From an uncultured Chloroflexia bacterium (GTDB lineage: Bacteria > Chloroflexota > Anaerolineae > B4-G1 > SLSP01): a stretch of 64,000 nucleotides of DNA. Where the stretch lies: positions 160,001-224,000 of the forward strand of contig CAVVUS010000023.1 of assembly GCA_963751345.1 (NCBI GenBank), in the 5' to 3' direction. A program made the position numbers and the translations under genes. Below the pieces are notes generated by a model that worked only from the letters and a program-made list of their open reading frames with translations, ran no database searches and was not told the origin of the DNA. The stretch's first letter is position 1, and each line of letters starts with the position of its first letter. Shown piece after piece: positions 21,117 to 30,760 of this stretch.

Positions 21117-21647
21117 GTGAAGCGGCTATGTCTGAAGCCCGTGCTGCTAGCCCTTTGGCGCAGGTTACCGGGATGGCTCCAGGGACGGATTGAGTGGCTG
21201 TTGCTCCCCAAGTTCATGGTGGGAGCGATGGCGGTGGTGCTGGATGATCAGGGTCGCGTTCTGCTCTTCCGGCACACGTATCGAGACGAATACCCCTGGG
21301 GCTTGCCCGGCGGCTGGATCAAGTCCGGCGAGGACCCCACCGACGCGGTTGAGCGCGAGATCCGTGAGGAGTCAGGCTATCGTATCAAGGCGCTCCATCC
21401 GTTGGTCATCGGGGGCGACAGGGCACTGCGAAGGCTCGACCTGATCTTTCTCTGTGATCTGGCCGGCGGGGATTTCCGTCCGAGCGCTGAGGTGTCCGAT
21501 GCGGCGTTCTTCGGCCCCGAAGAGCTGCCTGGGCTCGTGGAGCCATTTCACGTCCAGGTGGCAGCGTATGCGGAGAAGGTGTTGAAGGGAGAAGTGCGTG
21601 GCCAACCCGCGGGCCACGTGCCGGCCCCGCTGCCGCCCGATATCTGA
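21117..21647 (+). CDS. NUDIX hydrolase
   Basis: Nudix box WGLPGGWIKSGEDPTDAVEREIREESG. Confidence 0.9.
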   Translation: MKRLCLKPVLLALWRRLPGWLQGRIEWLLLPKFMVGAMAVVLDDQGRVLLFRHTYRDEYPWGLPGGWIKSGEDPTDAVEREIREESGYRIKALHPLVIGGDRALRRLDLIFLCDLAGGDFRPSAEVSDAAFFGPEELPGLVEPFHVQVAAYAEKVLKGEVRGQPAGHVPAPLPPDI

Positions 21648-21658
21648 GTGTTCGCGGA

Positions 21659-22567
21659 CTACCGCGGAGCCGATGCCATCAAGTCCTGACTCAGCCGTGC
21701 TTCCACAGCCGCAGGCCAGCTCGGACCGGCGAGCGTAGCCCTAAGGTAGCTCGTGCGGAAGACGGCGACCTCCGGGGTGCGCCGGACTCCCAAGGCCCAG
21801 ACGGAGAGCTCCGTGGCCATATTCTCGGTTACCGAGGCCCCCTGATGAGGCCACTGTTGGGTCGGAACGAGGTCCCTGTAGACCTGCTCCAAGGAGGCGT
21901 CCTCGATACCCGAGGCGGTGGCCTCCGCATTCAGTCCATCGATGATCACGTGACCGATCTCGTGGCCAAGGACCACGTTCTGGATGGTGACATCAGGGTT
22001 ATGGTAGGTATAACTACCATCGAGGAAGCTCCAGTGATACTGTTCATACATGAAGGCGTCATTGAAGATGTCCGAGCTGATCCTGATCTGTCCTGAATGC
22101 GCGTACCAGGCCGCGGATGGGGAATGCCCGCTGGGTTCCAGCACGAAGGTGATCCCGGTCTGCCCGCTGACCGATCCGGCGACGACGCCGGCCTGGATAA
22201 TCCGTGCGAATCTGGGCACGCCAAATGTTGCTCCGTAGGCATCCAGGACGTCGAGCATCACAGACAGCTCGTGCGACTGCCACGGTCCCTCGAAGGCGAA
22301 ACCGTAGTCTATCCATTTCTGCAGCCGGGCCGCCAGAACCGGTGAGGTAACGGAGCCCGCGACGTGGTGCGAGTCGACCGTCCGCACCATCTGGTTGATC
22401 ACGCCAGACCCTACCCACCACTCGCTAACAATGGACCCGGCAGCCATACTGAGATCGGATGGGCTCAGCCTGAGGCCAAAGCCTGCCAGTCCTATGTTGG
22501 CCAACAGTACCGCGACTACGATTGCCCCTATTGTCGCTCTATGCTTGATCACTTTTGCCTCTCTCAA
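21659..22567 (-). CDS. Exported or membrane-anchored protein with HEXXH zinc-metallopeptidase-like motif
   Basis: N-terminal hydrophobic helix; VVLGHEIGHVI and downstream ENMATE. Confidence 0.55.
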   Translation of the reverse strand: MREAKVIKHRATIGAIVVAVLLANIGLAGFGLRLSPSDLSMAAGSIVSEWWVGSGVINQMVRTVDSHHVAGSVTSPVLAARLQKWIDYGFAFEGPWQSHELSVMLDVLDAYGATFGVPRFARIIQAGVVAGSVSGQTGITFVLEPSGHSPSAAWYAHSGQIRISSDIFNDAFMYEQYHWSFLDGSYTYHNPDVTIQNVVLGHEIGHVIIDGLNAEATASGIEDASLEQVYRDLVPTQQWPHQGASVTENMATELSVWALGVRRTPEVAVFRTSYLRATLAGPSWPAAVEARLSQDLMASAPR

Positions 22568-22780
22568 CCGCCATTTGTATCGTCATTCCTTAACCGCGCC
22601 CTATTCTCCTCTCAACCGTGACGGCAGCGTTACCGACGCAGCAGATTGAGTTGGAACAGAGGTCGGGCTGGGTTGGGGAATGCGACGGTTCTGCGTCCAC
22701 GGCGACCCGTCTTCCGTTCTGGGCTGAGATGACGTACAATCTGTGTAGGTGAGGGCGTGCTGCCACAGAAAGGTCGTGCT

Positions 22781-23774
22781 ATGGAGAAAACACGACTGCC
22801 AGATACGTTGTTGGAGGTGTCACGCCATCTGTCTGGGTACCTCCGAATTCGGGACGGTCGTAGCGGAACGGGAGGCCTTCCGGCTCCTAGATATCTTCGC
22901 CGAATCAGGCGGGAACTTCCTGGATACGGCATTGGTCTACGCCAACTGGATCCCCGGCGAGCTGAGCGTCAGCGAGAAGACGCTTGGCCGGTGGCTAAAG
23001 GCGCGGCGAAACCGAGATGAGATTGTGATAGCTACGAAGGGCGCGCATCCCGAGCTAGGAACGATGCACATCCCGCGGCTCTCGCCCGAAGACATCGCTC
23101 ACGATGTGGATGCCAGCCTCGCGAACCTGCAGGTGGACAGGATCGACCTGTACTATCTGCATCGCGACGATCCCTTCCGACCGGTGGGCGAGATCATGGA
23201 GGCCTTGCACGCCCAGGTGGCGTCAGGCAAACTCCGCTATTTCGCGTGCTCTAACTGGTGCGCGGACCGCATCCGCGATGCCCAGGCCTACGCAGAGCTT
23301 CATGACTTCCAGGGCTTCGTCGCGGATCAGATGCTCTGGAATCTGGGCGTGGTCGACGCTGAGGTGATGGCCGAGCAGGGGATCGTGGTCATGGATGCCG
23401 AACTGCGGCAACTCCACGCGGAGTCCGGGTTGGCAGCCGTGCCGTTCTCGTCCCAGGCGGGTGGCCTGTTCCACAAAATGGCGGCAGATAAGCTGGACTC
23501 TGCAGGACCCGGTATGCGGCGGACGTACCCCAGGGCTGCAAACCTGCAGCGCTACGAGCGGCTCCAGCACGTCGCAGACGAGAGCAATCTGACAGTCAGT
23601 GAGATCGTGCTGGGCTATCTCCTATCGCAACCCTTTGTCACCGTACCCGTCGTAGGCTGCAAGACGGAGGCGCATTTGCGTGACACGCTGGGCGCGGCCG
23701 AGGCCCGTCTCGATCCCATCCAGGTAGCGTACCTGGAGCGCGGTGCCCGGCGCGAGGAAGAGGGGAGCTGCTAG
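22781..23774 (+). CDS. Aldo/keto reductase (frameshift near 22825)
   Basis: MEKTRLPDTLLEVSR/ICLGT, GGNFLDTALVY, IATKG, IDLYYLHRDD. Confidence 0.9.
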
Positions 23775-24048
23775 ACGACCGGCCTTTTTCCCGCCAATTG
23801 TCATCCGCCCCGAAGTGTGTACAATAGGGAGGACCTGTCAACAAGGCCCTGAGCCCCAGATGCGGGGTCGGGTGTGCCTACGTCCCCTGTTCCTTGTGGG
23901 GAACGAGTGTCCCATCGCTCCCCACGATCACTGCTAACCTGATGTTAACAGGCCCTTAATCCAATCCTGCCTACAGTGAAATGGGGAAGGATTGCGACGG
24001 CTGCCGGCTGCAGATGTTCAGGCTCGGATGAAGTGGAGGAGGTTAGCC

Positions 24049-24573
24049 TTGACATCCAATGTGTTATTGTTGAACGCGAGTTACGAACCACTCGATATCA
24101 TCCCGGCGAAGCGTGCGGTCTCGCTGATGTTGCGCGACCGCGTCGAGGCGGCCTGCTCCGAATCGATCGAGATGCACAGCGCCAGCAGTACGTGGCGCAT
24201 CCCCACCATCATCCGCCTCCGCTACTACATCAACGTGCCGCGCCGCGGTGTGAGTTGGAGCCGCGAGGCTGTGTTGCGGCGTGACCGGTATACGTGCGCT
24301 TACTGTGGCGCAGAGACCGGCCAGAAGCACAACGGTAGGATCTACACCAGGTATGACTTTACCGTGGATCACGTACTGCCTGTGAGTCGCGGTGGGAAGA
24401 ATACCTGGGGAAACACAGTCTGCGCGTGCGCGACGTGCAATCAGCGCAAGGCCGACCGCTTGCCCCACGAGGCGGCCATGAAGCTACTGTGGGAGCCCAA
24501 GACGCCGCGGGCCCGCTACGTCGTCGCGTCCGGCGAGGTGCCGGCTGTCTGGAAGGCGTACCTCGAGATCTAG
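24049..24573 (+). CDS. HNH endonuclease (McrA-like, VLLLNASYEPL family)
   Basis: VLLLNASYEPL, RDRYTCAYCG, TVDHVLPVSRGGKNTWGNTVCACATCNQRK; GGAGGAGG RBS before TTG. Confidence 0.9.
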   Translation: MTSNVLLLNASYEPLDIIPAKRAVSLMLRDRVEAACSESIEMHSASSTWRIPTIIRLRYYINVPRRGVSWSREAVLRRDRYTCAYCGAETGQKHNGRIYTRYDFTVDHVLPVSRGGKNTWGNTVCACATCNQRKADRLPHEAAMKLLWEPKTPRARYVVASGEVPAVWKAYLEI

Positions 24574-24582
24574 CGCCAGAAG

Positions 24583-24640
24583 CAACGGAAGAGAGGCGAA
24601 GGCGCGGCCCGCGGGCCGCGCCTTCGCCTCTCTTCCGTTG
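24583..24640. repeat. Perfect 58-bp palindrome with no spacer
   Basis: CAACGGAAGAGAGGCGAAGGCGCGGCCCG|CGGGCCGCGCCTTCGCCTCTCTTCCGTTG; the right arm is the exact reverse complement of the left. Confidence 0.95.
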
Positions 24641-24700
24641 TGGCTTATTGGTTCATCACCACCATAGGCGTCATCCTCTGATCCCTTTCCCTGTCGCTCC

Positions 24701-24739
24701 TTGACAATCCTTCACTGACCCATACAATTAGCTGGCTAA
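24701..24739 (+). promoter_or_regulatory. sigma70 promoter with an adjacent palindromic operator
   Basis: TTGACA-16-TACAAT followed by TTAGC-TG-GCTAA (24728-24739). Confidence 0.65.
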
Positions 24740-24761
24740 ACATCCAGGAGGTTGACATCGT

Positions 24762-26744
24762 ATGGGATTTCATGGTGGGGGGTGGGGGGCGCTGCTTCGC
24801 TACGACGAACAGCAGGGTCCGCCCAAGGTTGACCGGGCGCTCGTCATGCGCGTAGTGCGCTATGCACGAAAGTATTGGGGCACCGTGGGGCTGTTGATGG
24901 TCGCGATTACCGTGACCTCGCTGCTGAACCTGGTGCCGCCCCTGCTGTACCGGCAGTTGGTGGACGTTGCGTTGCCCAACAAAGACTCCGGGATGCTGAA
25001 CCTGCTCGCTGTCGGCCTGATTGGCATTCCTATTGCCGGCAGGTTGATTGGGGTAGGGCAGGCGTATCTCAGCGCGAGGGCCGGGGAAGGCATCATCCGC
25101 GATCTTCGCGAATCGCTGTATGGGCACCTGCAAGCCATGAGCTTGCGTTTCTTCACGCACACGAAGACGGGAGAGCTCATGTCCCGTCTCAACAACGACG
25201 TCGGCGGCGCCCAGCAAGCCGTGACCGGGACGTTGGTCAACCTGGTGTCGAACATTGTATCGTTGGTGACGACGTTGGCCGTGATGATCTCGCTTGACGT
25301 ACGCCTCACGCTGATCGGTGTGGCGATTCTGCCCCTGCTGATGCTTCCCGCGCGGCGGGTAGCCAAGCATCTACGTGGGATCACCCGTACTTACCTGGAC
25401 GTTCAGGCCAAGATGAACGCGCTGATGAACGAGACACTGAACGTCAGTGGCGCGCTGTTGGTGAAAGTCTTCGGGCGGGCAGGAGATGAAAATCGAAAGT
25501 TCGTCGAGAGAGCCACAGAAGTGAAGAACATGGCGATTCGGCGATCCATGGTCGCTCGCATCTTTTTCACCGGTCTTGGTCTGACGGGCGCCCTGGGAAC
25601 TGCGCTCGTCTTCTGGGCCGGGGGTCATTATGTCCTGCGCGGCGCCTTGACCGTCGGTACTATCATTGCCTTCAGCAGCTACTTGCAGCAGCTCTATCAG
25701 CCGCTCACGGCACTGGCCAACGCACAGGTTGAGTTTGCGACAAGCCTGGTCAGCTTCGAACGTGTCTTTGAGGTGTTGGACCTCCCGATCGAGATTGGCG
25801 ATCGACCGGAAGCGGTTGAGCTGCAGAGACCCGAAGGTCACGTGCGTTTCGAGCACGTCTGGTTCCGTTATGCAGGCGGCGGAGACCTGCCCCACCTGGG
25901 CACAGTCCACCGGGGCGGTTGGCGAGGTGGGGCTTCGCAGCAGGACGAGGTGACCAAGAGCGGCATTCGGGCTGAGGAGCTTCACGGCAACGGCAGCAAT
26001 GGGGCCGAGTCTCTCGAGCCTCGCTGGGCACTGCAGGACGTGAGTTTCGAGATGCAGCCCGGTCAGTTAGTCGCGCTGGTGGGCCCCAGCGGCGCGGGCA
26101 AGACGACGATTACCTATCTTCTACCGCGCCTCTACGATCCTACCGAAGGAAGCATCTATCTCGATGGCTCTGATCTGCGGGACATCAAGCTAACCGCCCT
26201 GTCCGGAGTGATGGGGATGGTCACCCAGGAGACTTACCTGTTCCACGACACGATCCGTGCCAACCTGCTTTATGCCAAGCCGGACGCCACGGACGCTGAG
26301 CTCGAGGCCGCATGTCGTGCGGCGAACATCCACGCCTTTATCGCCAGCCTGCCCGATGGCTACAACACCATCGCCGGGGAGCGGGGCTACCGCCTCTCAG
26401 GTGGTGAGAAGCAGCGCGTGGCTCTGGCGCGCGTGATCCTCAAGGACCCACGTGTCCTGATCCTGGATGAGGCGACGAGCAGCCTCGACTCTGAGAGCGA
26501 AGCCCTGATCCAGGAGGCTCTAGAGCACATTATGCAGGGACGTACCAGCCTGGTCATTGCGCACCGTCTGAGCACGATCCTCTCGGCGGATGTCATCCTC
26601 GTCCTGCAGGATGGACAGATCGTGCAGCGGGGCAGCCACGAGGCGCTCATGGCCGAAGGCGGTCTCTACCGCCAGCTCTACGAGCGGCAGTTCGCCGTTC
26701 CCGAGATTGCTGGAGGGGAAGGAGGGCCCAATGCAATTCTTTGA
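24762..26744 (+). CDS. ABC exporter, fused permease/ATPase (MsbA/Sav1866 type)
   Basis: TMD with TGELMSRLNND; GPSGAGKTT; LSGGEKQR; ILDEATSSLD; IAHRLST. Confidence 0.92.
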   Translation: MGFHGGGWGALLRYDEQQGPPKVDRALVMRVVRYARKYWGTVGLLMVAITVTSLLNLVPPLLYRQLVDVALPNKDSGMLNLLAVGLIGIPIAGRLIGVGQAYLSARAGEGIIRDLRESLYGHLQAMSLRFFTHTKTGELMSRLNNDVGGAQQAVTGTLVNLVSNIVSLVTTLAVMISLDVRLTLIGVAILPLLMLPARRVAKHLRGITRTYLDVQAKMNALMNETLNVSGALLVKVFGRAGDENRKFVERATEVKNMAIRRSMVARIFFTGLGLTGALGTALVFWAGGHYVLRGALTVGTIIAFSSYLQQLYQPLTALANAQVEFATSLVSFERVFEVLDLPIEIGDRPEAVELQRPEGHVRFEHVWFRYAGGGDLPHLGTVHRGGWRGGASQQDEVTKSGIRAEELHGNGSNGAESLEPRWALQDVSFEMQPGQLVALVGPSGAGKTTITYLLPRLYDPTEGSIYLDGSDLRDIKLTALSGVMGMVTQETYLFHDTIRANLLYAKPDATDAELEAACRAANIHAFIASLPDGYNTIAGERGYRLSGGEKQRVALARVILKDPRVLILDEATSSLDSESEALIQEALEHIMQGRTSLVIAHRLSTILSADVILVLQDGQIVQRGSHEALMAEGGLYRQLYERQFAVPEIAGGEGGPNAIL

Positions 26745-27480
26745 CTGTAACGCGTTTTTTGGCCTGCCAGCACGGCGACCGGTGGCGCCAGTGGCGTCCG
26801 TGGATGAACTGCTCGCCGAGATGGACCGTGCCGGGATCGATCGGGCATTGGTCTGGCACATCGCACAGCACGACGTCGCCCCCCAGACCGGGAACGAGAT
26901 GCTCGCGGAAGCTATTGGGCCTCACGACCGGCTGGTCGGGTGTTGGGGTGTGCTGCCGAACCAGGCGCACGAGTTTCCGCCACCTGCGGAGCTCTTCCGC
27001 AGGATGAAGGCGGCGCGGGTCGTGGCGCTGCGCACGTTCCCCGAGTCCCACCGGTTCTTGCTCAATGAGGTCTCGATGGGCGCATTACTGTCGGAGATGG
27101 TGGACCGCCGTGTTCCCCTGATGCTATCGCTGAGGCGCGGGGTGTCGTGGCCTGTTGTCTATGACCTGATGGCGGCGTTTCCGAAGCTCACTTGCGTCGT
27201 CTGCGACCACGGCTGCTGGGGCGAGGACCGGATGTTCCGCCCACTGCTGGAGCGCTACCCGAACTTCTATGTTGACACGGCGCAATACTTGTTGGACGGT
27301 GGCATCGAGGCGTTGGTTACCGACTATGGTGCGGGCCACCTGCTCTATGGAAGTGGTTTCCCCGAGTCGTACTTCGGCGGGATGATGATGGCTCTCAAGC
27401 ATGCGCAGATTCCGGTGGAGGCCAAGGAGGCCATTGCCCACGGCAACCTGGAGCGTCTGATCGAGGAGGCGATGCTATGA
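26731..27480 (+). CDS. Amidohydrolase_2-fold protein with degenerate metal site
   Basis: MQFFDCNAFFG, EMDRAGIDRALV, YPNFYVDT, LLYGSGFP, IAHGNLERL; overlaps both neighbours. Confidence 0.75.
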   Translation: MQFFDCNAFFGLPARRPVAPVASVDELLAEMDRAGIDRALVWHIAQHDVAPQTGNEMLAEAIGPHDRLVGCWGVLPNQAHEFPPPAELFRRMKAARVVALRTFPESHRFLLNEVSMGALLSEMVDRRVPLMLSLRRGVSWPVVYDLMAAFPKLTCVVCDHGCWGEDRMFRPLLERYPNFYVDTAQYLLDGGIEALVTDYGAGHLLYGSGFPESYFGGMMMALKHAQIPVEAKEAIAHGNLERLIEEAML

Positions 27481-28316
27481 TCGGTTCGATGATACGGGAG
27501 TCTGAGTTGGCCCGCGAGTTCTGGGAGAAGGGGCGCGCTGCTTCCTGCCCGATCTACGATATGCACGGTCATATGGGCTACTACCACTCGATCTATTTCC
27601 CGCGAGGCGATACGGCGGCCATGGTGCGGACGATGGACGAGGCTGGCGTGCGCCTGCTGGTCTTCTCGCACCACAGCTCGCTCAACTCACCTCAGCTGGC
27701 CAACGGGCCCAGCATCGAAGCGGTGCGGCGGTTCCCCGATCGCCTGCGGGCCTACTGTATGGTGAATCCCAACTATCCTGAGCAGGTCGCGCGCGACCTT
27801 GACGCGTTCGAAAGCCTCTTCCCGGATGTTTACATCGGTTTCAAGTTCCTATCGGATTATCACCAGATCGCGCTGACAGATGACCGGTATCGGCCGGCTT
27901 GGGAGTATGCCGATGCGCGGGGATTACCGGTCCTGGCGCACACCTGGGGTGGCAGCCGGTACGACGGCGAGGATGTCGTCCGCCAGGCAGCCGAGCGCTA
28001 TCCAAATGCCAAGTTCTTGCTGGGGCACTCGTGCCATGGGGCGTGGGACGCCGCGGTTCAACTGGCGCGGGACTTTCCCAACGTGTACCTGGAGTTGACG
28101 GCGATCTTCGATGACCGTGGGATCATCGAGAAGTTCGTTAGTGAGGCGGGATCCGACCGTATGCTTTTCGGGACCGACCTGCCGTGGTTCGATCCGCACC
28201 AGGCCATAGGGGTGTTGATGAACGCGGCGATTACGGACGAGGACCGGCACGCTATCTGTCACCGCAATGCTGAGCGGCTGTTGGGAGCGATTGTGCCTGA
28301 GCTGTCTGGAGGGTGA
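27477..28316 (+). CDS. Amidohydrolase_2 family protein
   Basis: YDMHGHMG (HxH), VLAHTWG, LGHS, PNVYLEL, MLFGTDLPW. Confidence 0.85.
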   Translation: MIGSMIRESELAREFWEKGRAASCPIYDMHGHMGYYHSIYFPRGDTAAMVRTMDEAGVRLLVFSHHSSLNSPQLANGPSIEAVRRFPDRLRAYCMVNPNYPEQVARDLDAFESLFPDVYIGFKFLSDYHQIALTDDRYRPAWEYADARGLPVLAHTWGGSRYDGEDVVRQAAERYPNAKFLLGHSCHGAWDAAVQLARDFPNVYLELTAIFDDRGIIEKFVSEAGSDRMLFGTDLPWFDPHQAIGVLMNAAITDEDRHAICHRNAERLLGAIVPELSGG

Positions 28317-28326
28317 GAGGAGAGAG

Positions 28327-29361
28327 ATGGAATACAGGAATCTGGGACAATGCGGGCTGAAGGTATCGGAGATCTGCCTGGGGACGATGACGTTCGGCCA
28401 GAGAACCGATGAGGGCGAGGCCTTGCGGCTGGTCGATCTGGCCCTGGATGCGGGTGTCAATTTCTTTGATACCGCCGACGGGTATGGTAAAGGTGCCTCG
28501 GAGACCATCCTGGGCAAGGCCCTGGAGGGACGGCGCGGGCGGGCCGTAGTGGCGACCAAGTTCTTCAACCCGATGGGGCCCGGGCCGAATGACTCGGGGA
28601 TGTCGCGCGTCCACATCATGAATGCGGTTGAGGATAGCCTTCGGCGTCTGCAGATGGATCACGTGGATGTCTACTATATCCACCATGTGGATGTTCAGAC
28701 GCCGCTCGATGAGATGCTGCGGGCGCTGGATGACTTGGTGCACCAGGGCAAAGTGCGCTACATTGCGTGCAGCAACTATCAGGCGTGGCGGTTGAGCGAA
28801 GCGCTCTGGATCAGCGACGTGAACCATCTCGCGCGGTTTGTGTGCTACCAGCCGCAGTACAGCCTCGTCGTGCGCGACATTGAACAGGAGTTGGTGCCTC
28901 TCTGCCTGAACAAGGGCGTTGGGATCGTGCCCTGGGCGCCCCTTGCCAGCGGCTTCCTGGCCGGCAAGTACCAGCCGGGTGAGCGCATGGTGCCGGGCAC
29001 TCGGTCGGCAGAGAAGTGGGCGTGGCACGGGAGGTTCTTTGCGGCCAATGCCGATGAGACGCTGGCTGTGCTGTTGTCGACCGCACGTGAGTTGGGTCGT
29101 TCCCCCGCGCAGGTCGCGCTCCGGTGGGTCCTGGAGCAGCCGGGCATCTCTTCCGTCATCGCGGGCGTAAGGACGATGGACCAACTCCAGGACAACCTGG
29201 GGGCCGCCGGGTGGCGTCTCAATGCTGAGGCCCTGGCCAGACTTGATGAGGTCTCGTTTCTGCCGCCACGCTATCCCGAGTCCTTCGAGTATAATGTCCA
29301 CGAGCGGCGCGCGGCGGCGGTTGAGATGTCGGCACGGCAGGTGGGAGAGACCAGCGCGTGA
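28327..29361 (+). CDS. Aldo/keto reductase
   Basis: MEYRNLGQCGLKVSEICLGTMTFG, FFDTADGY, VATK, GKVRYIACSN. Confidence 0.92.
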   Translation: MEYRNLGQCGLKVSEICLGTMTFGQRTDEGEALRLVDLALDAGVNFFDTADGYGKGASETILGKALEGRRGRAVVATKFFNPMGPGPNDSGMSRVHIMNAVEDSLRRLQMDHVDVYYIHHVDVQTPLDEMLRALDDLVHQGKVRYIACSNYQAWRLSEALWISDVNHLARFVCYQPQYSLVVRDIEQELVPLCLNKGVGIVPWAPLASGFLAGKYQPGERMVPGTRSAEKWAWHGRFFAANADETLAVLLSTARELGRSPAQVALRWVLEQPGISSVIAGVRTMDQLQDNLGAAGWRLNAEALARLDEVSFLPPRYPESFEYNVHERRAAAVEMSARQVGETSA

Positions 29362-29411
29362 CGATTGCCGGTCGCGTGTCACTCGTCACACTGGTCTAGG
29401 TTCAGCCATAT

Positions 29412-30699
29412 ATGACAAGATCGAAAAACCGTCGTCCGCGCCATCCATTTGTGCAGGCTCTGCTGCGCGATCCGCTGGTCCTGCCGTTCTATGTACCTTC
29501 CGTAGCCATCTTCCTTGGCTATGGCCTCCTGATTCCTGTCCTCCCCTACTATGCTCAGAGCTTCGACGTCTCGTATGGGTGGGTCGGGGCCGTGACGTCT
29601 GCCCAGGCATTGGGCATGCTCCTGACCGATCTTCCGAGCGGGCTCGTCCTGCACCGTCTCGGTCAGCGGCGCGCGATGCTGCTGGGGATGCTGGTGATGA
29701 TCCTGTCGACGGTGGCATTCATGTGGGCCGGCTCGATCCAGGAGGCGTTCGTGTACCGGCTGGTGTCCGGCTTCGGTGCGGCCCTTTTCGGCGTCGCGCG
29801 CCACGCCTATATCTCCGAGCACGCTGCAGTTGCCAGCCGTGGCCGCGCGATGGCGTTGTTCGGAGGGCTCAACCGCGTTGGGAAGTTCATTGGGCCGCTG
29901 ATCGGTGGCTTTGCGGCAGCGGCGTGGGGATTGCGAATGCCATTCCTGATTATCCGGGCTGATCAGCGTCCCCGCCGTCTTGTGTGTCCTCTTCTTCGTT
30001 CCTGCTCGGCGCGGCTCGACCGGAGTGTCGAGCACATCTGCGGAGCGTCCCGTCGTCGGGCGCAAAGCGCACAGGCTTCCGTTCGGACAGATGCTCCGGG
30101 AGCAGGCAGGCGTGCTGGTGCCGGCTGGGTTGGGCCAGATCTTCGTTCAGATGATCCGTACGGGCCGGGATACGATCATCCCGCTCTATGCTTCAGGGGT
30201 CATCGGTCTGAGTGTGGAGCAGGTCGGGCTGCTTGTCGGTATCGCGGCTGCTGCTGAGATGATGATGTTTCTCCCTGCCGGCTGGTTGATGGACACCCTC
30301 GGGCGGAAGGCCTCGCTCGTGCCCAGTTTTGGGATCCAAGCCGTCGGGATGGCGCTCGTGCCCTTGACGGGTGGGTTCGGCGGGCTGTTGGCATGTGCGA
30401 CGACCATCGGCCTGGCAAATGGGCTTAGCTCCGGTGCCATGATGACGGTGGGTGCGGATCTTGCACCGCCGGATGCCCGGGGGGAGTTCCTCGGCGTATG
30501 GCGCCTGATCGGGGATCTTGGTGGTACTGCGGGGCCATCTGCCGTGGGATTTGTCGCCGATGCGCTGGCGCTGCCCGCAGCGGCTCTCACCATGGCTGCT
30601 TCGGGCCTGGCGGCAACCCTGATCTTTGGGTTCCTGCTACCTGAGACCCTAACGCAGGACGAGTCGGGTCGCGAGACCGCGCCGGCATCGGCCGGGTAG
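29412..30699 (+). CDS. MFS transporter (frameshift near 29960)
   Basis: 12-TM pattern over ORFs 29412-30257 and 29980-30699; GWLMDTLGRK motif A. Confidence 0.85.
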
Positions 30700-30760
30700 A
30701 CGCTTTGTGCACGCCCGGAATCTATCGAATGCAATCTACGTCGTAGGAGTCTAACCTCTG

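Noticed and set aside
23828-23925. tRNA or tRNA-Sec (GGGGAG..CTCCCCA ends)
   Set aside because: No GTTC(R)A T-loop, D-arm or anticodon arm consensus
23840-23960. TPP riboswitch (CTGAG and AACCTGAT present)
   Set aside because: Spacing is wrong, the remaining consensus is missing and the downstream gene is unrelated to thiamine
24049-24573. IscB/Cas9-like OMEGA nuclease
   Set aside because: Only ~174 aa with no PLMP, RuvC or bridge-helix motifs
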